Source: Eubacteriales bacterium
GTDB taxonomy: Bacteria; Bacillota; Clostridia; Oscillospirales; CAG-272
Direction of reading: 5' to 3'
NCBI GenBank assembly: GCA_045128735.1
Contig: JBGVRT010000007.1
Coordinates: forward strand, 31,003 to 95,002
Length of the DNA stretch: 64,000 nt
The translations under genes were made by a program, and so were the position numbers. Positions 45,499-56,066 of the stretch are shown here, piece after piece. The notes under the pieces are model-generated. The model was not told where the DNA came from. It searched no databases and saw only the letters and a list, made by a program, of their open reading frames with translations. Every line of letters begins with the position of its first letter. The first letter of the stretch is position 1.

Positions 45499-48312
45499 AT
45501 GAAAAACGTTAAGTTTTTTGTGTTAGCATTTGCGCTTTTGACCGCAGTTGCGCTATTGGCTTCCTGCGGTGGTGAGGTTCCTCCCATTGAAAACGATCCT
45601 CCAGTAACAGAAGCGCCCGAAACAAATGCGCCCGAAACAAACATACCCGACACCCCCGATACTGATGTTCCCGAGACACTTCCCGTGGTGGTCGAGCCTG
45701 AGCCTACATATGAACTTCTTAAGCTCGATTTTGAAACCGACCTTGCTTTGGCTGATTATATTGCTTCGGTTGATGGAATAGAAATAAATCCCGGGCTTAA
45801 CGGCGGAGAAGTTGCAGATGGTAAGTGGGTGTATTCCGGCAAATCTCTTGCTATTAAAGACGATATGGGTATATATTCGCTTGATTATTACAGCGTTGAG
45901 TTTGACTTTTGCTTTAATAGTTATGTAAATAAGAATAACACTTCTATTTTCTCTCTTATAACTGATGATGACGGAACCCTTAACGGTGAATCCAGTTTCT
46001 ATGTGCCGCTTAAAATGGATATGGACGGAACTGTTTATCATAACAGCGCAAATAATTTTAAGGTGCAGATAGAAAAGGGAAAGACATATCACTACAAGCT
46101 TGAGGTGAATAATAAAGATCAAAAAGTTTCTGTTTACATAGATGGTGATTTGTTGGTTTCTCCTTCTTATAAGCAGGAGCCCAGAGATTATCAGTGCTAC
46201 AGATTTATGGAAAATTCCAGAGGTGCCGATATGTGGGTCGATAACGTTGTTATAATTGACACGGGCGCAGCTATGAACGCAAGTACCGACAGACTTGCTA
46301 AAGCTGTTGACGGAGCATATGTTCGCGGAGGCTCGTACGGAAACGAGCCACAAAAGCTTGCAGAAGGAATTTACGTTGATATCAAGAAATCCGGCGATAA
46401 AAGCTACGATCGCCACGGATTTTTCAAATTCGATATTTCCAAGCTTAAGCGTGATGAGATAAAGATTGCTTCTCTTTGCGTAACCGTTGCTCAAGTCAAC
46501 GCCAATTGCCTTTTCGATATTTATTGGGTCGACTCCGATTGGAGCAGTGATACCTTAACTTACAATAATATGCCTATGGGTGAAAAAATTGTTGAAGCCG
46601 TCAAGCTCAACGGAATTGGTTTGACAATTGATCTTGCTCCCGTTATCAAAGAGGCTCTCGGCGACGGTGATGAATATTTCTCGATTAAAATTTCTCCCGT
46701 AAATCAGCCTACCGACGGACAGACAAGAATTTATTTCACTGACGATCAGAAGCCTGTGATTACCATTTATGACGAGTTCCCAGCAAACGGATATTTCACA
46801 AAGCTTTCCGATGACGAGGCAAAGAATAAAGAAATTTGGGATTATGCCCAAAAGATGTACGACGAGTGGTACGCAAGATACAAGGCGCTTCCTGCGGTAA
46901 ATGAAGATGCGGTCCTTCTTGGCAGAGATGAGAGCCAGTACACTAAGACCAACTATATGGCAGGTCAGTCTACCTTGTACAATAAGCAGAAGACAGAACA
47001 TAAATCCCGTCCGCTTGATGCACTTACCGATTTTGATCAGTACGTAAGCAAGGAATTCAAGAATGCTAAGCTTGATAAGTACGGCGGTGTTATGATAGAA
47101 TCTCTTAAGCAGAATGCAACGGGATACTTCTATACCGCAAAGATAGACGGCAGATGGTGGTTGATCGACCCCCTCGGATATCCCTATATTGCTATCGGAC
47201 TTAGTGATATTCACTATTCACAGCTCGGATCCAAGCTTCAGAAAGATAACGCTATCAAGCTTTACGGTGATTACGACAACTGGGCGCTTGCAACCACAAG
47301 ACAGGTTGTTGACGAGCTTTATTTCAATAATAGCTTCCGTCCTGTGCAGAATATTATTGACCTTGAAAACGGAATGCCTTTTGCAGTGCAGAAGGGTGTT
47401 ATGAGCAACTTTGGTAATATAAAGGGCGTAAGAGGCGATGGTAACGGAAGCACGGTATTTACTGAAAACAATACTATGCCCGTTTTCGACCCCGATTTTG
47501 TTACGTACGCTGACGGATGGGCAAAGACGAATGCTATATATCAAGGTAACGACAGATTTATCGGTTATATGTCTGATAACGAGCTTCCTATGAATGTTGA
47601 TATGCTTGACCGAGCATTGACGGTTAACCACACTAAGGATGTTAACTGGTATACCTATGCATGCACATGGACATGGCTTAGAAACATGACAGGCAAAGAA
47701 TCACTTTCAATGGATGACGTTACCGATGAGCTTCGTGACCTTTATCGCGGATTTGTATGGGATAGATACTTTAACGTGGTTGCTCCCGCAATCAAGAAGT
47801 ATGACCCCGACCATATGTATTTGGGAACACGTTTCCTTACAGTGTCGAGAGATTCTCAGTGGGTTTACCGCTTTGCGGCACAGTACCTCGATTGTATGAC
47901 AATCAACTGGTACGGTGATTGGGAACCTGATGTCAACGCACTTTACGGAATATCTAAGAACGGTGACCTGCCCTTTATTGTAACTGAGTTCTATACTAAG
48001 GCAGGAGACTCGGGTCTCGGAAATACATCGGGTGCAGGTAGGTACGTTGCAACGCAGACCGACCGTGCCGACTTCTATGAAACCTTTACAATCAGAATGC
48101 TTGAGAGCCCCAACTGTGTTGGATGGGAGTGGTTCCAGTATATGGACAACGATCCTAACAGCGGAACGGGTGATAAGTCGAGTGTCGACTCCAACAAGGG
48201 CATTTACAGAAGTGATTTCACACTTTACACCGAGCTTACCGACCGTATGGCAGTGCTTAACAAGAATGTCTATAATATTATAGATTATTTTGCAAATAAA
48301 AACGCGAAATAA
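45499..48312 (+). CDS. Lipoprotein: P/E/T linker + lectin-like domain + DNRLRE + GH50-like hydrolase (paralog 3)
   Basis: Lipobox LASC; DGAYVRGG..FFKFDIS..LTYNNMP; TGYFYTAKIDGRWWLIDP.G; MSDNELP; VTEFY; DSNKGIY; promoter TTGACA-17-TATAAT at 45425-45453. Confidence 0.72.
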   Translation: MKNVKFFVLAFALLTAVALLASCGGEVPPIENDPPVTEAPETNAPETNIPDTPDTDVPETLPVVVEPEPTYELLKLDFETDLALADYIASVDGIEINPGLNGGEVADGKWVYSGKSLAIKDDMGIYSLDYYSVEFDFCFNSYVNKNNTSIFSLITDDDGTLNGESSFYVPLKMDMDGTVYHNSANNFKVQIEKGKTYHYKLEVNNKDQKVSVYIDGDLLVSPSYKQEPRDYQCYRFMENSRGADMWVDNVVIIDTGAAMNASTDRLAKAVDGAYVRGGSYGNEPQKLAEGIYVDIKKSGDKSYDRHGFFKFDISKLKRDEIKIASLCVTVAQVNANCLFDIYWVDSDWSSDTLTYNNMPMGEKIVEAVKLNGIGLTIDLAPVIKEALGDGDEYFSIKISPVNQPTDGQTRIYFTDDQKPVITIYDEFPANGYFTKLSDDEAKNKEIWDYAQKMYDEWYARYKALPAVNEDAVLLGRDESQYTKTNYMAGQSTLYNKQKTEHKSRPLDALTDFDQYVSKEFKNAKLDKYGGVMIESLKQNATGYFYTAKIDGRWWLIDPLGYPYIAIGLSDIHYSQLGSKLQKDNAIKLYGDYDNWALATTRQVVDELYFNNSFRPVQNIIDLENGMPFAVQKGVMSNFGNIKGVRGDGNGSTVFTENNTMPVFDPDFVTYADGWAKTNAIYQGNDRFIGYMSDNELPMNVDMLDRALTVNHTKDVNWYTYACTWTWLRNMTGKESLSMDDVTDELRDLYRGFVWDRYFNVVAPAIKKYDPDHMYLGTRFLTVSRDSQWVYRFAAQYLDCMTINWYGDWEPDVNALYGISKNGDLPFIVTEFYTKAGDSGLGNTSGAGRYVATQTDRADFYETFTIRMLESPNCVGWEWFQYMDNDPNSGTGDKSSVDSNKGIYRSDFTLYTELTDRMAVLNKNVYNIIDYFANKNAK

Positions 48313-48317
48313 AAACA

Positions 48318-48382
48318 ATGGGCTGAGTTTTCAACTCAGCCCATTATCAAAAAAACCGTCCGCAAAAAGCGGACGGTTTTTT
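48318..48382. terminator. Two back-to-back terminator hairpins between convergent genes
   Basis: ATGGGCTGAG...CTCAGCCCAT and AAAAAACCGTCCGC-AAAAA-GCGGACGGTTTTTT. Confidence 0.85.
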
Positions 48383-48388
48383 CTCAAA

Positions 48389-50188
48389 TTACTTTGCAGC
48401 GTTAAGTCTTGCCTCAAGTGCAGCAAGCTCATCGTACATAGTCTGGGGAACTCTTGCGCCAACCTGTGCGTAGAATTCCTTGATATTGTTGATATCCTCG
48501 AGCCAAGACTCAACGTCAACAGAGAGAAGATCCTTGATTGTATCAAGCGAAACGTCGGAAAGACCTTCAATATTGATGTCCTCAGCCTTGGGAACATAAC
48601 CGATAGGAGTGATGTCAGCATCAACCTTACCCTCGCAACGGTCAAGGATCCACATAAGAACACGCATATTGTCACCGAATCCGGGCCAGATGAAGTTGCC
48701 TTCAGCATCGGTGCGGAACCAGTTAACGTGGAAAATCTTGGGAGCGTGGGGAATTGTTGTACCCATCTTGAGCCAATGTGCCCAGTAGTCACCCATATCG
48801 TAACCAACGAAGGGTCTCATAGCCATAGGATCGCGGCGAACTACACCAACTGCGCCTGCAGCTGCTGCGGTTGTCTCGGAAGCCATGATCGAACCAACGA
48901 AAGCACCGTTTTGCCAGCTTGTGGACTGGTAAACAAGGGGAGCGGTCTTTGCACGGCGTCCGCCAAATACGATAGCGGAGATGGGAACACCTGCGGGATT
49001 GCTAAATTCCTTAGAGATGCAGGGGCAGTTAACGGCCTTTGCTGTGAAACGGGAGTTGGGATGAGCGCCGGATGTTTCAAGCTTTCTTGTCTTATCGTAG
49101 CTCTTGTAGTCCCAAGCATTTCCTCTCCAGTCGATTGCTTCTGCGGGAGGATTGTTGTCAAGACCTTCCCACCAAACTGTGTTGTCAGCAGTGTTGTGAA
49201 CAACGTTGGTGAAGATTGTGTCCTTCATAGTTGTATAAAGAGCGTTGGGGTTAGAGTTGAGGTTTGTACCGGGAGCAACACCGAAGAATCCGTTTTCAGG
49301 GTTAACTGCCCAAAGTCTGCCGTCTTCGCCTACGCGGAGCCAAGCAATATCGTCACCTACGCACCAAACCTTATAACCCTTCTTCTGATAGATTTCAGGG
49401 GGAATAAGCATTGCAAGGTTTGTCTTACCGCAAGCAGAGGGGAAAGCGGCACAAACGTACTTTGTATCACCGTTGGGATACTCAACACCAAGAATAAGCA
49501 TATGCTCAGCCATCCAGCCTTCCTTGCGACCAAGGTAGGAAGCAATACGAAGGGCAAAGCACTTCTTACCAAGAAGAACGTTTCCGCCGTAACCCGAGTT
49601 AACAGACCAGATTGTGTTGTCTTCGGGGAAGTGAACGATGTATCTGTTCTCTTCATCAAGTTCAGCTCTTGCGTGAAGACCCTTGATGTAGTCTGCACTG
49701 TCGCCGAGAGCCTCAAGAACGTCAAGACCTACGCGAGTCATGATAAGCATATTAAGAACGACGTAGATAGAGTCGGTAAGCTCGATACCGTACTTAGCAA
49801 AGGGTGAACCAACAACGCTCATAGAGTAGGGAATAACGTACATTGTCTGACCCTTCATAGAGCCTGCGTAGAGCTTGGAAAGCTTTGCGTAGCACTCCTT
49901 GGGATCCATCCAGTTGTTGATGTTACCTGCGTCCTCTTTCTTGGATGTGCAGATAAATGTTCTGCCCTCTACACGAGCAACGTCGTTGATAGCAGTTCTG
50001 TGAAGGTAGCAACCAGGAAGCTTATCCTGGTTAAGCTTAATCATTTCGCCTGTAGCGCAAGCTTCAGCGCGAAGAGCCTCAGCCTGAGCCTCGGAACCGT
50101 CGATAAGAACGATTTTGTCAGGCTGTGTCATAGCGGCCATTTCGTCGATCCAGCTATTGACATACTTGTTGTTTGTAAGATTTGCCAT
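48389..50188 (-). CDS. pckG: Phosphoenolpyruvate carboxykinase (GTP)
   Basis: DVARVE, GYGGNVLLGKKCFALR, FPSACGKTNLAM, VGDDIAW, HPNSRF, HVNWFR. Confidence 0.97.
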   Translation of the reverse strand: MANLTNNKYVNSWIDEMAAMTQPDKIVLIDGSEAQAEALRAEACATGEMIKLNQDKLPGCYLHRTAINDVARVEGRTFICTSKKEDAGNINNWMDPKECYAKLSKLYAGSMKGQTMYVIPYSMSVVGSPFAKYGIELTDSIYVVLNMLIMTRVGLDVLEALGDSADYIKGLHARAELDEENRYIVHFPEDNTIWSVNSGYGGNVLLGKKCFALRIASYLGRKEGWMAEHMLILGVEYPNGDTKYVCAAFPSACGKTNLAMLIPPEIYQKKGYKVWCVGDDIAWLRVGEDGRLWAVNPENGFFGVAPGTNLNSNPNALYTTMKDTIFTNVVHNTADNTVWWEGLDNNPPAEAIDWRGNAWDYKSYDKTRKLETSGAHPNSRFTAKAVNCPCISKEFSNPAGVPISAIVFGGRRAKTAPLVYQSTSWQNGAFVGSIMASETTAAAAGAVGVVRRDPMAMRPFVGYDMGDYWAHWLKMGTTIPHAPKIFHVNWFRTDAEGNFIWPGFGDNMRVLMWILDRCEGKVDADITPIGYVPKAEDINIEGLSDVSLDTIKDLLSVDVESWLEDINNIKEFYAQVGARVPQTMYDELAALEARLNAAK

Positions 50189-50229
50189 TTCAATTCTCCT
50201 TGTATATTAAATGTAATGTTTGACGTAAT

Positions 50230-50247
50230 TTGTTAAACAATAATCAA
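50230..50247. promoter_or_regulatory. Putative Rex operator in pckG leader
   Basis: TTGTTAAACAATAATCAA, 2 mismatches to TTGTTAA-N4-TTAACAA. Confidence 0.5.
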
Positions 50248-50342
50248 ACTTTATCCATTATATATGATACAACATTTTTTGCTTTTTTTCAAGTCTAAAA
50301 TCGAAAGTTACATTTTGTTAACAATTAGAAGAAAAAATATTA

Positions 50343-50380
50343 GAACATATGTTTACAAATTGAGAAAAATGTGGTATAAT
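50343..50380 (+). promoter_or_regulatory. LexA (SOS/Cheo) box overlapping the lexA promoter
   Basis: GAAC-ATAT-GTTT (50343-50354) overlapping -35 TTTACA, 17 bp, -10 TATAAT (50375-50380). Confidence 0.88.
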
Positions 50381-50421
50381 TGTGGTGAAACAAGAGCTTT
50401 ATTTATTGAAAGAGGCAATTT

Positions 50422-51024
50422 ATGAGAAAATTAAAACCCAGAGAGCAGAGCGTATACGATTATATTGCAACGGCGATTACCGAGAACGGATATGCCCCCA
50501 GCGTAAGAGATATTGAAAACGCGTTGGGCTTCAAAAGTACGTCTACTGTTCACATGTATATTAACCGCCTTGAGGAGTTTGGGTTGATCCGAAAGAACGA
50601 CGGAAAAAGCAGAGCCATAACTCTTACGGGTGTCTCACCCACGGGTAAAAATAAGGTTCCGATACTTGGAAAAGTAACTGCCGGCGCGCCTATTCTTGCT
50701 TCTCAGAATTTTGAAGGTTACGTGGATTTTGTCACCGAAAGCAAGAAATACGATTCCAAAAATCTCTTTGCGCTTAAGGTGTCGGGGGTAAGTATGATAG
50801 AGGCGGGAATACTTGACGGTGACTACGTTATAGTTGACCGATGCGATTACGCCGAAAATGGCGACATTATTGTCGCTCTTATTGAAGATGAAGCGACGGT
50901 AAAGACCTTTTATAAAGAAAACGGACACTTCAGGCTTCAACCTGAAAACAGCACGCTTGAGCCTATAATAGTAAAAGAAATGTCAGTTCTTGGCAGAGTT
51001 ATCGCCAGCATAAGATTTTATTGA
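50422..51024 (+). CDS. lexA: SOS repressor LexA
   Basis: GYAPSVRDI..G..STSTVH, VTAG.P cleavage site, SM (Ser), ATVK (Lys). Confidence 0.96.
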   Translation: MRKLKPREQSVYDYIATAITENGYAPSVRDIENALGFKSTSTVHMYINRLEEFGLIRKNDGKSRAITLTGVSPTGKNKVPILGKVTAGAPILASQNFEGYVDFVTESKKYDSKNLFALKVSGVSMIEAGILDGDYVIVDRCDYAENGDIIVALIEDEATVKTFYKENGHFRLQPENSTLEPIIVKEMSVLGRVIASIRFY

Positions 51025-52566
51025 TCTATCCTTGCCGATTATATTTATTGCCCACTTTATATCATCTTTGTCAAAGGTGTTTGTGGATATCAACAGAATG
51101 GCGTAAACGCCGACCGTGATAAGAATATGGGCTGTCAGTGAAAGTGCCGAGTAGTTTTGAGGTTTTGATAGTTCGAACATCATATGGCAAAGACAGGTTG
51201 CGCCAACGATACAGAATAGCGGTTTTGCGATCCATTTTATAAGATTTGGAGCAAAGCCGCTCTTTTTTAATAATCTGACAACGCTGAACGAAGCGTTTAT
51301 AAGCTCTGTTACGTAAATTGTTATAACGTATCCTTGTATTCCCACCCGAGGAAGTAACAACCAAACAAGAATTACCGATAGAAATGAATCGGCAATATTT
51401 ACAACCATACTGTAAAACTGTTCACCAAGACCCTTGAGCATATGGTCAACTGTTGTGTCAAGATACATTATCGGAATAAGCGGTGCAAGCATTTTTATGT
51501 AGGTTGCCGTGTTTTCCTTTGGGTATATGACGGCTCCGAGTTCGGTGGAAAAGCAAATCATTATACCCGCTGTTCCAAGCGAAAAAATCAGAGCAAGCTG
51601 TATTGAACGTTCGCATATGTAGCGTATCTGCCTTTTGTTTCCCTTTACAGCGCATTCTGTTAGCTCGGGAACAAGCATACCTGAAAACGAGCTTATAAGA
51701 GCCGCAGGGAACAAAACGATAGGGAGAACCATACTCTGTATTATACCGTATAACGAAAGAGCCCTGCTTCTGTCGAGACCGTTCTTTTCAAGCCCTATAG
51801 GAATCAGCATATGCTCTATGGAAACAAGTCCCGAACGGACGTATGCACTTGATGCGATAGGCAAAGCTGTTCTTAAAAGCTCTGCGGTAAGTCCTGTGCT
51901 GTCACCTTGTTTTGAACTTTTGACGTTCTTCCGTTTGTCGAGCACAAATGCAAGCAAGGACAGTAAAAATGAAAAGCACTCGGAGAGCATACCGCCTGTC
52001 GCCAATGACGCGCAGGCAAATTCAACACCTCTGTTTAATAACAGCGACAAGAGCGCAGAAACCGCGAATATCTTTATTGCTTGCTCAAAAACTTGAATTG
52101 CCGCGTTTTTATACACCCGTCGCACGGCAGTAAAATATCCGTTAAAAACAGAAGACAATGCTATGGGCACTAGCGAAATTGCGAGCATTCGAAGCGATAA
52201 GACAGTTCTTGTGTCGCCTAAGAGCTTTATTCCAATAAACTTTGCTCCAAAAAACAGACACAGCGTTGCAACTGATGAAAAGAACAGCGCATATAATACG
52301 CATCTTTTTAAGGCAGCGGTTGCTTCGGTACCGTCGTTTTTTCCAAGTGCTCTTGCAACAAGCCGCATGGTTGCGAGATTTATTCCCGATGTGGCAAAGG
52401 TAACTGCAAAGCCGTATATTCCCGAAAGAAGGGAATACAATCCCATAGCTTCCGCACCAGCTCGGTTGGAAACGTAAACGTTGAAGCTGACTCCGACCGT
52501 TCTCATGAGAATTGAAACGGTACATAATATTATTGCGTTGAGGAAAAATTTTCTAATGTTTTTCAT
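50983..52566 (-). CDS. SpoVB/MurJ-like MOP flippase
   Basis: GAEAMGLY, GYF.......A..QVFEQ, LPIVLFP, many TM helices. Confidence 0.82.
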   Translation of the reverse strand: MKNIRKFFLNAIILCTVSILMRTVGVSFNVYVSNRAGAEAMGLYSLLSGIYGFAVTFATSGINLATMRLVARALGKNDGTEATAALKRCVLYALFFSSVATLCLFFGAKFIGIKLLGDTRTVLSLRMLAISLVPIALSSVFNGYFTAVRRVYKNAAIQVFEQAIKIFAVSALLSLLLNRGVEFACASLATGGMLSECFSFLLSLLAFVLDKRKNVKSSKQGDSTGLTAELLRTALPIASSAYVRSGLVSIEHMLIPIGLEKNGLDRSRALSLYGIIQSMVLPIVLFPAALISSFSGMLVPELTECAVKGNKRQIRYICERSIQLALIFSLGTAGIMICFSTELGAVIYPKENTATYIKMLAPLIPIMYLDTTVDHMLKGLGEQFYSMVVNIADSFLSVILVWLLLPRVGIQGYVITIYVTELINASFSVVRLLKKSGFAPNLIKWIAKPLFCIVGATCLCHMMFELSKPQNYSALSLTAHILITVGVYAILLISTNTFDKDDIKWAINIIGKDRSIKSYAGDNSAKN

Positions 52567-52742
52567 TATTTCGTCCTTTCTCGGTACTAAAAGCCCAAAA
52601 CGTAGCCTATAAAATATTTTATGCGGCGTGATGTTTATAAAGAATATAAATTAGGCAATACTTTTTTTAGAAAAAATCTTTACAAATTAAGAAAAATATG
52701 GTAAAATAACTATGTTAACAATGGTGCAAAGGAGAGATAACT

Positions 52743-53366
52743 ATGTACAAGAACCCCATTATAACAATTGCAAGACAGTATGGAAGCGGCGGACGCGAGA
52801 TAGGAGAAAAGCTTGCCGAGTTGCTTGGTATAAAGGCATACGGCAGAGAGCTTATTGATATGGCGGCAGAAAAGAGCGGTTATCATCCTGAAATGCTCAC
52901 TAAGGCTGACGAGAGAGCGGCAGGAAGCTTGCTTTACAGTCTTGCGGTGGGCGCGTCGATGGCAGGCGGTATTGCGGGACATTACGATATCCCGATAAAC
53001 GATAAGCTTTTTATCGTTCAGACCGAGATAATCAAGGAGCTTGCCGAAAAAGAGCAGTGCATTATCATTGGCAGATGCGGTGACTATGCGCTTCGTAATT
53101 TTGAAAATAAAATCAGCATTTTCATTCATTCCGATCTCGAAAAACGTATAAAGCGTATTTCCGCGCTCAAAGGCGTTTCGGAGAAGGAAGCGGAAAATCT
53201 CATTGTAAAAGAAGATAAATATCGCGCAAACTATTACAATTTCTACACCGGTCATAAGTGGGGCGCAAGCGAAAGATATGCCGCAACCTTTAACAGCGGA
53301 GTCCTTGGCATTGACGAGACGGCGAGAATAATTGCGGATATGGTTAAAAGTCTTTCGGCAGAGTAA
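52743..53366 (+). CDS. Cytidylate kinase-like family protein
   Basis: ITIARQYGSGGREIG..LA..LG, IIGRCGDY, DK.RANYYNFYT..KWG. Confidence 0.88.
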   Translation: MYKNPIITIARQYGSGGREIGEKLAELLGIKAYGRELIDMAAEKSGYHPEMLTKADERAAGSLLYSLAVGASMAGGIAGHYDIPINDKLFIVQTEIIKELAEKEQCIIIGRCGDYALRNFENKISIFIHSDLEKRIKRISALKGVSEKEAENLIVKEDKYRANYYNFYTGHKWGASERYAATFNSGVLGIDETARIIADMVKSLSAE

Positions 53367-53516
53367 AAATAAATATGAGATCGGGTCGGAGAGCCGCCCC
53401 GATCTTTTGTAGATAAAAGGTAAAAGGTAAATTGTTTTTACATTTTACTTGACAAAAGCTGTCTGAAAGTGTATACTAAAGAATGTACAAAGATTTCTGA
53501 AAGGGAATGAGCAAAA

Positions 53517-56051
53517 ATGAAAAAACTACTCGCTATTGACGGAAACAGTATAATAAATCGCGCGTTTTACGGAATAAGACCGCTTACTAACCGTGAGGGC
53601 ATCCATACAAATGCCATTTACGGTATGATAAACATAATTATGAAGCAGGTCGAGGCACTTTCTCCCGAATATCTTGCAGTTGCGTTTGACGTTAAAGCAC
53701 CCACTTTCAGACATGAGTTTTACAGCGAATACAAGGCAGGCAGACACGCCACTCCACCGGAATTGCTTGAGCAGATTCCTTACGCTAAGGATTGCTTGCG
53801 TGCACTCGGATTTAATGTGCTTGAGCTGGCAGGATATGAGGCGGACGATATTCTCGGTACTCTTGCAAAAAAAGCCGAAGAAAACGACTGTGAAGCATAT
53901 GTGCTGACGGGTGACCGAGATTCTCTGCAGTTAATAACCGATAAAACTACCGTGTTGCTCGCTACCAATACGGATACAGTTAAAATGGACACGGATGCTT
54001 TCTTCGAAAAATACGGAGTTAACCCCAATCAGTTTGTGGATGTAAAGGCTTTAATGGGCGATAGCTCGGACAATATTCCGGGTGTTCCGGGTATCGGTGA
54101 AAAAACTGCACTGAAGCTTATATCCGAGTATGGCTCTCTTGAGGAGCTTTACAAGGTCGTCCCGAGCAACCCGTTTACGCCCTCGAATAATAAAAAACTT
54201 AACGAAGGAAAAGACAGCGCGTTTATGTCTCAGAGATTGGCGCGCATAAATTGTGAAGTTCCGATTATTGGTAAGCTTGATGAAGTAGAAACTCGTGAGC
54301 TTGATAAGGCGGAGGCGTACAGACTTTTCTCAAAGCTTGAATTTTCGGCGTTTGTAAAGCGTTTCGGCTTGGATGCGTCAGATACTTCGTCTGCTGATGA
54401 GAAAGCAGATGTGAGAGAGAAGCTTGAGGTTTATCAGGTTTCTGCCGCTGAACTTATGAATAAAACAAGCTCGGATAATCTTCTTGCCTTTCTTGAAGTC
54501 GAAAATTCAGTTCAGCTTTGCGACGGAGAGGCTATATATAATTTCTCGGGGAATATAACAGATCTTTCTTTCATTTTTAGTGATACTTCCAAAAGAATTA
54601 TTTGTTACGACGTCAAGCAAATATATAAGCACTTTAAGGAACTTGGTATGGAATTCTCCAATTGCTATCACGACATTATGCTCGGAGCGTACGTTCTTGA
54701 CCCTGCCGCGGGCTCTTTCGAGCTTGAGCGCGTTTGTACCATATATGCGGGAATGCCCGAGGGCAATGTTGATGCAGGTGACGTTTGGGCGGCATTCAAG
54801 GCGATAGATGCCAAAATAACCGAAAATCGGCAAGAGAATCTTTTGTACAATATCGAAATGCCGCTTTCACGTGTGCTGTTCCTTATGGAGGATGCAGGAT
54901 TTTGCGTTGATGTTGACGGCCTTGCGCGATTTGGCGAAAATCTTGAAGCTCTTGAAAACGAATTTAAGGAGCGCATATATTATCACGCGGGATGTGAATT
55001 CAATATAAACTCACCTAAGCAGCTTGGTGAGGTGCTTTTTGAACGTATGATGCTCCCTGCAGGGAAAAAGACAAAAAGCGGATATTCTACGGGCGCCGAC
55101 GTGCTTGAAAAGCTTAAGCCATATCACCCCATAATCGAGGATATTCTTGATTACAGACAGGTTGCAAAGCTTAAGAGCACTTATGCTGACGGGCTTGTAA
55201 AGGTTGCCGACAGTGACGGAAAGATACACACCAATTTCAAGCAAACGGGGACTGCTACGGGCAGACTTTCATCAACCGAACCCAATCTTCAGAATATCCC
55301 GATAAAGACCGAGCTTGGACGTGAATTCAGAAAATATTTTATTCCGAGCAAGCAGGGCAGAGTGCTTATAGATGCCGACTATTCACAGATCGAGCTTAGG
55401 TTGCTTGCCGATATTTCGGGTGACGGACATATGATTGAGGCATTTCAGTCGGGCGAGGATATTCACACCTCTACCGCATCGAAGGTCTTTGGCGTTGAGC
55501 CCGACGACGTTACAATAGAGCTCAGAAAAAGGGCAAAAGCCGTAAACTTCGGTATTGTCTACGGAATAGGCGACTTCTCGCTTTCACAGGATCTTAAAAT
55601 AACTCGAAATCAAGCGAGAGAGTATATAGACAACTATCTCGCCACCTATGCGGGTGTGGATTCCTATCTTAAGAATATCATTGTTTCAGCATACGAATGC
55701 GGCTATGTTACAACTGCATTCGGCAGACGCAGATATATTCCCGAGCTTTCTGGACACAACAAAATGTTAAAGAAATTTGGCGAGCGTGTGGCTATGAACA
55801 GCCCTATTCAGGGAACTGCTGCTGATATAATAAAAATTGCAATGATAAACGTTGACAAAAAGCTTCGGGAAAGCGGTATAGATGCAAAGCTCGTTCTTCA
55901 GGTGCACGATGAGCTGCTTGTAGAGGCGGGTGCCGAATGCGCTGACAAAGCTCTTGATATACTCCGTGATGAAATGGAGAATGCCGTGAAGCTGAGTGTA
56001 CCTCTTGAGGTAGAGGTTGGAGTTGGCGAAAATTGGTACGATTGCAAGTGA
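53517..56051 (+). CDS. polA: DNA polymerase I
   Basis: IDGNS..NRAFY, LMGDSSDNIPGV, TGRLSS..PNLQNIP, DYSQIELR, LQVHDEL. Confidence 0.97.
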   Translation: MKKLLAIDGNSIINRAFYGIRPLTNREGIHTNAIYGMINIIMKQVEALSPEYLAVAFDVKAPTFRHEFYSEYKAGRHATPPELLEQIPYAKDCLRALGFNVLELAGYEADDILGTLAKKAEENDCEAYVLTGDRDSLQLITDKTTVLLATNTDTVKMDTDAFFEKYGVNPNQFVDVKALMGDSSDNIPGVPGIGEKTALKLISEYGSLEELYKVVPSNPFTPSNNKKLNEGKDSAFMSQRLARINCEVPIIGKLDEVETRELDKAEAYRLFSKLEFSAFVKRFGLDASDTSSADEKADVREKLEVYQVSAAELMNKTSSDNLLAFLEVENSVQLCDGEAIYNFSGNITDLSFIFSDTSKRIICYDVKQIYKHFKELGMEFSNCYHDIMLGAYVLDPAAGSFELERVCTIYAGMPEGNVDAGDVWAAFKAIDAKITENRQENLLYNIEMPLSRVLFLMEDAGFCVDVDGLARFGENLEALENEFKERIYYHAGCEFNINSPKQLGEVLFERMMLPAGKKTKSGYSTGADVLEKLKPYHPIIEDILDYRQVAKLKSTYADGLVKVADSDGKIHTNFKQTGTATGRLSSTEPNLQNIPIKTELGREFRKYFIPSKQGRVLIDADYSQIELRLLADISGDGHMIEAFQSGEDIHTSTASKVFGVEPDDVTIELRKRAKAVNFGIVYGIGDFSLSQDLKITRNQAREYIDNYLATYAGVDSYLKNIIVSAYECGYVTTAFGRRRYIPELSGHNKMLKKFGERVAMNSPIQGTAADIIKIAMINVDKKLRESGIDAKLVLQVHDELLVEAGAECADKALDILRDEMENAVKLSVPLEVEVGVGENWYDCK

Positions 56052-56066
56052 TTTGGAGGGGAAATT

